Assembly (NCBI GenBank): GCA_013115145.1
Contig: JAAPAO010000089.1
Coordinates: 1-64,000 of the forward strand
DNA from: Perkinsus chesapeaki ATCC PRA-425
Lineage: Eukaryota > Protista > Perkinsozoa
Direction: 5' to 3'
DNA length: 64,000 bases
The notes below the pieces were generated by a model. That model was not told where the DNA came from, ran no database searches, and was given only the letters and a program-made list of their open reading frames with translations. The position numbers and the translations under genes are program-made. Of this stretch, positions 36,868 to 47,700 are shown piece after piece; position 1 is the first letter of the stretch, and the number at the start of each line of letters is the position of its first letter.

Positions 36868-37272
36868 TCACTGTCTATCAGCCGGGGCGAGATAACGCGG
36901 TGTAACAACTTTTCTTAAACATGGCTGCATTCCAAAGACGCATAGATTTGCAGATATATAAACATTCGGCGTTAGTTTCCTGAGACGGCTCATCATAGAT
37001 CTCCCATTTCCGGCATTAAATAGATAACCAACGTGTTTCACGCGTGGCTCCTCCGGCCTGTGACGGCCCTATGCTCAGCTAATCGCTATGCTCAGCTGTT
37101 CCTAGAGCCCTTCTAGTATATTTACCCATAGAGTGATCATGTGTCACGTTCAGTTCCCTTGTGACCACCATTTTAAATGCGTTTCGTCAACTGAACTTTA
37201 ATTCTGGCAATCGTATCTCTGGTGGAAGTTAAACCTGTTAATGCCTGTGACCCTGAGAAGTACTGGACTTGC
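36868..37272. repeat. Degenerate direct duplication, copy B
   Basis: Matches 32701-33175 but lacks the palindrome-rich middle segment present in copy A. Confidence 0.9.
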
Positions 37273-40200
37273 GGTCCGGGAGAGGTTTGCATCATGGGAA
37301 CCTGCGCGAAGACTCTAACTTCCGAGGATGTGCCAAGAGGAGCCGCTATTTGATGGTTATCTGGCCGAGGTGTCCGTGAAATATTCGGACCCATTTGTTG
37401 ATGTCAGTGAATGCCCTCGAATATACGCAGTTGTTGCGAATCGAATATCTCTGGGCACTCATCGATAACATTTTTCTTTTATATAACCCTTTAGACGACG
37501 CAGAACATCTCTGCTCACTCACGGCTAGTGGGAGCAGATTAAACGCTTTTGTCTTTTGTTGCCAACTATAGTCAACTTGTCAACTATAGTCAACTACTTC
37601 CCAAGATCGCTCCAGTTGCGTTGTTAATAGCGACTCATAGAAAGGGACCTTTCGTACAGACCTACGAAAGATCTGCCTAGCACGGCAGTCTCAGAGAGCC
37701 AGAGTGGACGGAAATGCATCAACTACCCTGGCATCGTTGAAACACTTGTTAGCAGCTGGACAAGTAGGCACACGTATACACTGGACACAACACGGATAAT
37801 AGGAACGATCCACGCGGAGATTGTTGGTGGCGTTACAGCCGCATATACCATCCGACTTGGGATGAATTATCAGCGAGTTGGCTCGCGTCATCACTCCAGC
37901 AACGAGAATCAGATTCTTCATCCCGTGGAGCTGTTACATCCGCAGTGAATGACGAATGCCCTAGTGACGAGCTAAACATCAGCTACTCTACGAACCGTTT
38001 CTCTTGAATAATGGTGTAACATTAGCGGCAGGTAGGGTAACCAACCAGCTGAGGGTGCTGCGAGCGTTAGTCAATAGTGTAGTACGGTGAGACAACGCAG
38101 GGTCGCCCAAGCGATCATGTAATTTCTCCGACCTCAGCCTCAGTCTAACTTACGCTGTGGGAAAGTTCTTACCACTACGGCAAGAAAGTCACTTCTAAGT
38201 TTACAGCTTCAAGCTGCATGCGATTTGTACCTCTCCTATGTTCGTACGACTGCAATCCCGCATATGGACTAACATAATATATTCCTCCGAGAACTTCTCC
38301 AGGAGAAGCGTCATTCGAATTAATGAGAGTGCGGGCGGTGATACGGGTAACCAAAGCTACTCGCACAAAATGGGACGCTGAATGACGCCTCCTCTTCCTG
38401 AGCGATGCATAGATGGTGTTCCGCAAGTCTCTGGTCTGGCGGGGCTGTGCCAGCCTCACCGCTCAGATAAACTAATATTCTCAGCCTGACAATTTCGATT
38501 CGAGATGCTTTCCAGGATGGCGAGTGACATTCGTGAAGATTCGCTCTATAATGACATCGTATTAGACTTCGGTTCCTCGCGACCAAGACTTTGCATGCGC
38601 GCCATCAATCGGGTTCCAATTTCGGTAATCATATCTGTGATTGAAGATAAATCTGTAAACGCCTCTGGCTGCGTCAGTTGCCTCTGGCTCGGTGCGTTTT
38701 GCACCGAGCTATACAGCGCTTTACTGGTATGCCAGCAGCATCAGACGACCAGGAAATATTGAAAGGCGCCTGCCTTCTACAGAGCACCATAAGAGCTACC
38801 AAACTCAATACTGGAGCACCGACGAACAGCTATTAGACACAACATGGATAATAACAATCATTTAAGCAGTAGTTGTGGCACGCATCTACATCGGCGCTTG
38901 GGGCCTATCAGCGGCGAACCTGAGGCAAATCGCCATTGCAGCTCCCGGTGTTCCTCGGCCTACTCCACAGAATCCATATGGTCGAAGGGTTCGGCGCTCC
39001 AGTTCCTGCAACGAAAAGAATTAGAGACTCCACCAGGCTCAATGCCTACTGAGAATCATGAGTTTGATAAATGTCAAGTTTGATGAAATATCTGGCGAAC
39101 TCGAGGAGGGACACCTACGCCACAAACACAACGAATCCAGGGACTCGTCCGTCGTCATTCTACCTGGAGGTCTCCCGGGTTCGTCCCCTCTGTGCTGCGC
39201 ACGTAAATATTATGGTTCTCTCTGAGAACATATCAGTTAAGTGTGCCGCAAAGATCGACAGGACGCGCGCATAGCTGCGTTTGGCACAGTGAGATTCACC
39301 GTTGCAGATCGGTCACAATTAATAGCCGCAAGGCTGTTCACAGGCTTCCAACTTACATTGCCGTAACCAGCATGACAGCTTCGGAAAGAGGAGAGTGCAC
39401 GTCATGACCGCTTCGCTCTGAGGAGGGAAGTGCTTAATGCTGGGAGCAACGAAAACGTTGCGGCGCATCCACAAGTGAGCGATTTAACAGCCCACCTTCA
39501 ACTTCGAGGAATCTATTGGCGCTAGTGAGGGTGGACATGTGACGAGCGAGGACGTGGCTCCTCGGATGGACAACTTTGAATTCTTCTAAGATGTTGCGGA
39601 CATCATCGGGAAAAAGATACGTTTCACCTAAGCACATCCTAGGCTGTAACAGAGAGGGCACACAACAAACTGGCTGGATCAGGACTTAGTCTCGCCAACG
39701 ATTCTATTGCTGAGTTCTACAGGAAATTTTCGCGATCGTTTCTACTTCGGGAGTTCCTTCTTTAAGACGTCTGAAGCACTCGGCACGCCACGAGAAACAC
39801 CTACTGGCTTTCGCAGCGTTGCCAGTAATTTGAGAAGGCAACGCCCGATGGATGGCCGAACAGAAGTCCTCCTCGCTGATGGCATTGTTCTCGGCTACTC
39901 GCAAGGCAACCATCATGACGCAGAACTCTCGCAGCTCCAACTGAGAGTAAAGTAGGATAACAATAACTCTAGCAATGCTGCAAATATACGCTGAAAAAGT
40001 CGATATGAGTAGTGCTAAAGTATGCATGAAGTTAGAAGCGGTGAAGGCCGAAGGATTGGCGAGAAGAAACACGAGGTTCGCTGCGGAAACCTAAAATATC
40101 AAACCAAAGCGCACCTGCTCATCAGATGCTTCAATCCATAACATTAGAATACTAGCAGCTTGTCCCGTCACACCAGCAGCGGCCAGCGACGACCTGAGCG

Positions 40201-41158
40201 ACCAACTGCCTGCAACCCGGCTTACCGGTGAAGTCCCAAATTGGGTAGTTGAGAGTCTCGACGTGTTGCTCACCTTATATTATCGCTCTTGGCCTGCCCA
40301 TCTTTCCCAGCAAACAATCGCTTCCAAATTTTAGAGTAAAGTGACTTGGTGTGCGGCGAAGCTTTTTCGTACACAGACTCCAACTTTCGGCGGAGTCGAT
40401 TCCTAATAAAGCAGGCAACTTCCTTTAAAATCGATGCCGAACAATGAAATACGACTCACCGTTCAGCTTCAGGAGCACTCGTAAGCCGATAATGAATGCT
40501 GAGAAGCTTCACATTACGCAGGAGATTAAGGCACCTAACAAAACCACAGGGCTCTCCCAGCTCCCTTCTAGCGCTTCGATCTGCCCTGTTGCAGGTTGTG
40601 GAACGTCAGAAAAGAAATCAAGGAAATTTCGGTTCTCGTATTTCTGTTGTTTGCGTGTCTGTTATTTGGGAGCAAGGAGTGAGTGCAAGAGGTAAGCCTC
40701 CATGATTCGCGCCACCGCTTCGCAACTTACAATTCGCATTGCTGAGCTTCAAGTAGCTTTTTCACTTCCATAATAACACGCATTCGCTTCATCTGGCAAA
40801 CGCTGGTACAAAGAACAAGTCTCTCCAAGGCCCCGGGGAACAGATTGAAGACAATAATAAGCACAGGTAGACTTCCTACAGGCAATAGGAACCTGAAGCA
40901 TGCTGTGCGATGGGAGCCAGTCCCAGCGAGTCGAAGCACCGAAGTGAAGAATAACGGTTACTGTAGTAGTATTATAGTATATGTATTATAGTATCTAGTA
41001 TATTTAATTAGCAGTACTACTAACCCGAACTAGGAACTGTTCTGTAGTTCCAGTTACCGGACACTGCAGCACGTTATTATATTAACCACACTGAGCTAGA
41101 CGACACCAGTAATGACAGTAGGCCTACCAGTATCGACGCCACCGTTTGGCAGTGAATG

Positions 41159-43690
41159 CTAGAAGCCTGAAGACGAGGCAGCCACTGTAGAGGGCTGTGG
41201 CAAAGCATATAACTTGCAGGGTCTTAACGGCGAGGGTGGGACCTGCGCCACAAGTGAGAGGAAGTATGGTAATCAATTCCCATATCCCAACTGCACTCAC
41301 CGTGCTTTTGAAAAAAGAATATGTTCTCGTGCATTGTGGGAACTTTAGTGCCTCTGAGAAGACCCATAAACCTGAACTAACAAACTTGACCCAAAGCGGG
41401 CAGTATCGAGGCTACCATCCGTTAGGTCTGAAATGCGCGCCTTCAGACGAGTACGGTGCCTTAGCGTGCAGCTGCTCGAGGGTCGAAGGAGTCATTTTCG
41501 AATCCTTCGTCACAGCTTCGAACATCTCTTCTGAACATTAGAGTCAGTTCCATAGCATAGAATGGTGACCCACCGTATGATGGTCTCAGAGAAGCCACAG
41601 CCCTGGAGAGACTCCATTTAACCAATAACAGCAGAAGGAGCAAGATCCACGGGAACTAACGAAGATACAAAGAGTGATGTCTCAAATACTGAAGAAACGA
41701 GTTCCGTCGATCGGGATACATGATCGCTATAGGACGTTCATGGCAACCTGTGGAGCTCTCGCCTCGTCCCAAATACCATGCAAAAAAGCGGCTGTCACCC
41801 GCGACATGCCGACTCAATCCTGACGGTGGATCGAATGATACTGCAGTCACCCTAATTATTCGGTTACGCAGCTCATTTCGGTTATCAGGGAGGCGAAGGA
41901 AAGAATTGTATTTAATAAAATATTCAGTGATACGTGTACTATAACCATCATCACGGAAGTGTGTTCGAACAGTGAGACCACCACCAACAATAATGGTAAC
42001 CTACAATGCACATCAACGAGATGCCCTTCATCCCTCTCATCGTTGTCAGTAAATGCATCGGGATAAAAAGAGTGCCTGTTGCGATTGCTCCATAATTGAC
42101 ATGAGCTTTGCTTTACCAAGAAATAAAAGGGTTCCCGGATTGAGTTGCATCTGTTTAGTGCAGCTGTTGGCGAGACAATGCTCCATGTAGCTGCGGGGAG
42201 GAGTAAGAGCGTTCGTTTATGCCACGGCCTCACATTAGGAAGTCGAATCTCTCTTGACGGTTGGTGACGACTCTTGTGCTTGTTACTGGGGAGAAGAGCT
42301 CCGATCGAAAATACAGATAGCTGACGGCGGAGAATGTTGTGAAGGCGAACAGCGTCGATCGACTCACTCTATCATTCGACTTTGCTCTGCACGTGAGATG
42401 GGAATCAACCAAGAGGATCCTGAAAAAGCTTTGTTGCGATATCACAGGCAGTCGTATGAATGGACCAATAAAATAGCAGACACTTTGGCCGAGTGGTTAA
42501 GGCGGCGGCCTGCTAAGCCGTTGGGCTCTGCCCGCGTGGGTTCGAATCCCACAGGTGTCGTATTATGCGAGATCACCCTAACTTATGTCGACGACATGAT
42601 GTCGTATGATAGTCGTATTGGTAAGAAAGTTCAGTGGTAACTCCTTCTACCGCGAGGTATCCAGCTATACTAGCGACGTGACACCCGGTTCGGCCAGACA
42701 GCTTCAACTCACTAGGAGATGTGCTGAAATACTCCTTCACAACAGCTGCGAAGTCGCTCTGTTCAGCTCTGTCCCAAGTTCGAGCTGAGGCGACATCGCG
42801 ATTACCCTCGATATCAAAAAATAAGCTTTCTCACCATGGCGAAGTACGCTGAGGCTGAAGGCTAAGCAAACGAAGATGAAACCGATCATCAAATAGAAAA
42901 TAAGAAAGTGTACGGTCTCGAAAAGTAACTGAACACCAGCGAGGCAGAATACTGGACAACCACAAAGACGGCCTCCTACGGATAAATGGGATAGGCAGTG
43001 TGGCCCGTGATGCTCTTCAAGATCGTCTGCTACTAATGTCGCATACGCATGCGCACCATATTTGACCCAGAGATGATCACCGAACACCTACAGCGGGCTC
43101 AAATGCTCAAACCAATTAGATGGCCCTCACATGATCATTAATCGGGCCCAACGCTTGCAGGCGGTTCTCGACAAACCCAAACAGCAATGCAACAAATCCA
43201 AGAGTGGCAAACTCGCTGTTGACCTGAGCGTATAATAATAAGATGGCTGCCCCTTCCGCGATGTCGAAGGCTACCGAGTTGATAATACTAACGAGGATAT
43301 GATTAGATCGCTTCTCCGCGAGCTTAATTAGCAACCTGAGAAGTCTTTTTCGAAACAATGATTTCGTGGCTATTTACTCTTTCACGGCATCGAAGAGTAT
43401 CGTTAATAAGATAATAACAATAATAACGCATATCTCCACGTATCTTTCCTTTCGTTTAAGCTCGGTCCAAGCTTCCATCTCATCAGGACAGCAGGTCTGA
43501 GCGGCTTCATATTCGCAGTTACGCGGGAAATGCCCACCTTCTCTGATTTCTCCAAGTCCCAGAAATCATAGTGGCATTCGTGGACGCTTCTATCAGGGTG
43601 TCCACAAGGGGTGCTGCTCCCCACCACGCCATGGCTCGCCCCATCAGCCGCAAGACTGATAGTCAGCAGCACACAGGCCAAGCGAAACAT
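41159..43690 (-). CDS. Mlo-like multi-pass membrane protein with a possible degenerate C-terminal EF-hand (3' end approximate)
   Basis: Spliced ILVSIINS/VNSEFATLGFVALLFGF resembles the Mlo ELMLLGFISLLL motif. Also LLFETVHFLIF, YLYFRSELFSP and RFDF motifs. DLTDGSLDTARF near 41390-41430 is EF-hand-like. Confidence 0.55.
42479..42560 (+). tRNA. trnS-GCT: tRNA-Ser (GCT)
   Basis: GACACTT...GGCCGAGTGGTTAAGGC, anticodon gcggc-ctGCTaa-gccgt, long variable arm, GGTTCGAATCC, ends AGGTGTCG; 82 nt. Confidence 0.97.
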
Positions 43691-44063
43691 TTAATATCTA
43701 TTAAAATGTTCGGGCTCTTCAACGGTTCAATCAGAGCGTCAGTACGACAGTCAAATACAAACTCAGCCGAGGAAGTCCTGAAATTGCTTCCGGGGAACAA
43801 CTTCGGCGCGAGCATCCCTGACAGGAATACTTCCACAAAATTCGCAGATTGCTTTCGAGGTAGATTGGTTTAGTTTGATCAATGATTTCTGGAACCGATT
43901 GAACTGTTTGATCACTTTAGGAAATCAGTTACTCGCAAAAGGCAGAATTCAATACTAAGATTCCGTATCATCCACATTATCTCCATTAACCAAGATCTCC
44001 CGCAGACTCCCGAGTCAATTGACAATATAATGAAACAGGACCATCTCAGAAACTTTCACATTT

Positions 44064-44591
44064 TCATGGATTGATCTTCCCACCCGGCCAGAAGCCTCTT
44101 GCATTGTTAATCACTGGTGTTTGGCGGGACACGTACGGCTTCAACTGAAAAGAGAACATCCCGACTCCCAGACAACTCAGCGGCTCACCGGGCAGTCTGT
44201 CAAGTCCGGCACTTTGAACTGTGGCACAAACCTCGGATCGATCAGAAAGAAACCTGATAAAACGCGCATCGAGCTAAGATACCGAACAAATTAGCTCACC
44301 CTTTTTTGTGTGCGTTCCAAGGCCGATGCTCCCGAAACCTTTACGGAGACTCGGCGCTCGCTTGGCTGTCAACGGGCCTCGACCCTAACAAAACCCCGAT
44401 AAGAAGAAATGAAAAAAAGAACTACGGAAAGAAGCGACCTAATAGAATGAGATTGGCGACGTTAGAAGAGCTACCGGGCGAGCCCGAGAGGACTGGGATG
44501 CCCCGAATCGTCTCGGACTCCCGAAGATCCGCGAACTCACCTTGTAAGGCCCAAGCTTGGACAAGAGAACACCGGACCGGCGGATTAGCAT
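44064..44591 (-). CDS. MRPL41: Mitochondrial ribosomal protein mL41 (MRPL41/yeast MRPL27), 93 aa, 4 exons
   Basis: Exons 44591-44541, 44384-44300, 44253-44189 and 44144-44064 splice in phase to MLIRRSGVLLSKLGPYKGRGPLTAKRAPSLRKGFGSIGLGTHTKKGFFLIDPRFVPQFKVPDLTDCPLKPYVSRQTP...; motifs KG.G...G.HT..G, VPDL, LKPYVS. Confidence 0.9.
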
Positions 44592-44704
44592 TGATATTAA
44601 ACTAGAGCGTCACCAAGCGTCACTGCGCCACAAAACTCAACGCCAAATGTTCACAGGAGCACTCATAACCATCAATGTAATTAATTCAATAACATCCATT
44701 TCCG

Positions 44705-47700
44705 CTATGCTCCGACCATCAGGGAGGAGTTGGAGGCGATAGCAGCCGGAAGAATTCGGAAAAAGTATCTAATCGGGACAACTCACTTCTATCGACTCGC
44801 CCACCGAACGCCAACGCACTGCACATAGGCTCGTCCATAATAGAGAATAACACTACGCACAATTGCACGTTCGTTATTGAAATACCATAGGGTGCTTCCC
44901 TCCCAATGGGAACGGGAACTCTCCCGCCAGTTCTCTTCGTTCTTGAGATGCTAATATGCAAATGTTACTGAGAGCCTGGCCATGGCATGGCCAGTCGCAC
45001 GGCCGCCATGCGACTGGGCACAGAGTCCCTAGGATCCTGACTTTTTTGGGAGACCAGGAACGGAGTGATACCAATCTCTGTAAAACACACCCCTTCCACC
45101 GCTTCAGTCAAGGAGGTGTATTTCAACGTTTTTGTTTATAAACCTATCTACTTATACTTTTCTTGCACTTCTACACATTAAGCACTTTCCGGCACTTAGC
45201 ACCAAAACAACACACCTCCTCTTCGACACAAAAACTGTCTCCAAGAGCCCCTTTCCTTACTCCACTTCTAATTGCCCATCCTCTTCAAGATCCGTACAGT
45301 GTACAGCATTCTTAATCCTGTCTTCACCAAACGCAGCCCTCAGCGTGTCTACCGTCAACATGCAACCCATCACCGCGGTTTCGGTTCACCTGGTCGAAGT
45401 GCCTTTGCTATCTCAGGATCGTGAGGGCCAACAAATTTCCTGAATGCTCCGACCGCCGAATCCTGGCGGACCTACAGCGAATCTTTCTCAGCGTCACTCG
45501 CCCCTTAATTCCAACTTCGATTGCCAACGAAGGGCCGCCGCTGAGCTCCGTCACCTGTCCTGTGTATTCTGGAAGAACCCCACTGTAAACCTGACAAAGG
45601 ACGCCTAATGAGACGCTGAAAAAGACAATCGAGCGGACTATGGAGCAGGAGGGAAAGAGGAGAGCCATTAACTTAGCTTCGCACTTTCAAGCTGAGAAGG
45701 AACAAGTGGGGGGAGTGGTTACCTCCAAGAACTCCTCACATGATCGTTTGTCCAGGAAGCACCATCGCATGGCAGATATCTCAAACCTAAAAACTATCTC
45801 GGTGGGACTCGAACCCACAGTCTTTGGTTCCGAAGACCAACGCCTTATCCATTAGGCCACGAGACCACGCAAAACCATCCTTACAAACGTTACACGCCCA
45901 CTCACCCGCTATCTAATATCCTCTGAACAACTTCGCCGACCTTTGCCGTATTAGCAATCTGACCAAAACCACATTCAAACCCCTCACACGCCCATAGCGA
46001 ACCTACATGAGGCCGAACGACGCAGCACGTGCAGTTGTTGAATATTGCCGTCTCTTCCGCGCGGGAGTCCCGTCCTGAATCGGACGCTTTTATAAACAAA
46101 ATTGTCAAACCTTACCAAAGAAGAAGTCGATTTCTCGAGAGGCATTCTCATTGGAGTCGCTGCCGTGAACTGCGTTGCGAGTGGCATCCGTACCGTATCT
46201 GCACCAAAATCAACGTGGAGAGTTCCGTTTGCCACAGAAAAGATATATTCGCTATCACTAAAGGCTATTATTAATTCTACTTTTGGAATATCTCGGTATG
46301 CAAGCCGTGAGATGGTAAATGGTGAGCTGAACTAAGCTAGACTAAGCTCGTTCTGAAGTTCCAAGGAGAGTTCTTATTCCCTTCAATTCCCTTCTCACTC
46401 CCTTCACACAAAGAACTTCGTTCGCTAATTATGACACTGGTTTCCGAATATCTTATTCACCTCCCTTATTCTCACCAATAACGCAATCTCTTCAGGTTAT
46501 ACTCACAGTAATAAGGAGGCTTGGAGCCAAGACTGTCGGGAAGAACAACATAACCACAGCAATGATAACGTTATAACGATATCATTATACGAGTCCCACC
46601 GAGACGAGGTTTCCGGCCGTAAGGCTCCGCGATACTACTTCACATTAACAAAGAAATTCGCGCAAAGCAGTTTACCTCGGACGTAGTTGCCCTTCAACCA
46701 GTCTTCTCCATTTATTAACAGCATCGTCACCCCAAAGCTCTATGGCCACCACCGCATCAGATGTTACGAACCTGACAGCACCAGCTGGCCTACCGAATAG
46801 CTTCAAGCGAAACGAACCGAAGAATTGAGTTGAAATCTCTTACGTATGTTGGAGCCATACTTTTCGTACAAACTATACACACCAATTGATACTCTTGCCG
46901 CAACTGTATTCATTGCAGTATAATTTATATTATCACTCTCACACAGCTCTCTACACTCTTATTCTACTACTACCCCACCATTTCTAGGATCTATTCGTAA
47001 AGAGAGAGATTATCATTTCTCAGTGTCAATTTACCCTATTATTTCTCAGTATCAATTTATCTTATTATTTCCCAGTGTCAATTTATCTTATTATTTCTCA
47101 GTGTCAATTTATTCTATTATTTCTCAGTGTCAATTTATCTTATTATTTCTCAGTGCCAATTTACCCTATTATTTCTCAGTGTCAATTTATTCTATTATTT
47201 CTCAGTATCAATTTATCTTATTATTTCCTAGTATCAATTTTTATGATCATTTGAATCATTCATTCGCACATCGACCCACTATTATACATAAAGATTAATA
47301 CTCTATCAAAGCATCAAAGAAGCTCTTTCCCTTATGGTCCCTATAAAACTCCTGTGCTGCCTGCTTGTCCAACTTGCACATCCTCAAATTCTTAATAACA
47401 AACCTGAGCCACCACACATCCGCACTTCCCAACTATCCACTCTATCACCCTGCTTTGACTATCTCTCCAAGTATATCCCCAATGTGATTGTATGCATCAG
47501 GCTTTATCATGCCCAATGTGCGGCCCTTCATAGTCTCCAATTTCGAACGGGTAAACTGAGTAAATGAGTCAAATAGAATCTCTAAAAACAAATTCCAAAC
47601 ACACTTGTCTTTTAGTATAAATTGCAAAACACACTTTGCTTTTAGTATAAATTCCACACACACTTGTCTTTTAGTATAAATTGCAAACACACTTGTCTTT

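Noticed and set aside
37563-37595. caactatagtcaact direct repeat (18-nt period)
   Set aside because: Only two copies, a simple slippage duplication with no further structure.
37691-40300. Possible LTR-retrotransposon gag/integrase remnants (HPKSDG; GIRHSL)
   Set aside because: Motif spacing is wrong and no DDE triad, RT or LTRs were seen. It could be very old element debris, but I cannot support a call.
45050-45085. IGITPFL motif suggesting an FNR-type oxidoreductase
   Set aside because: It lies in the last NME7 intron (EVE/YFF splices across it) and has no supporting FAD-binding motifs.
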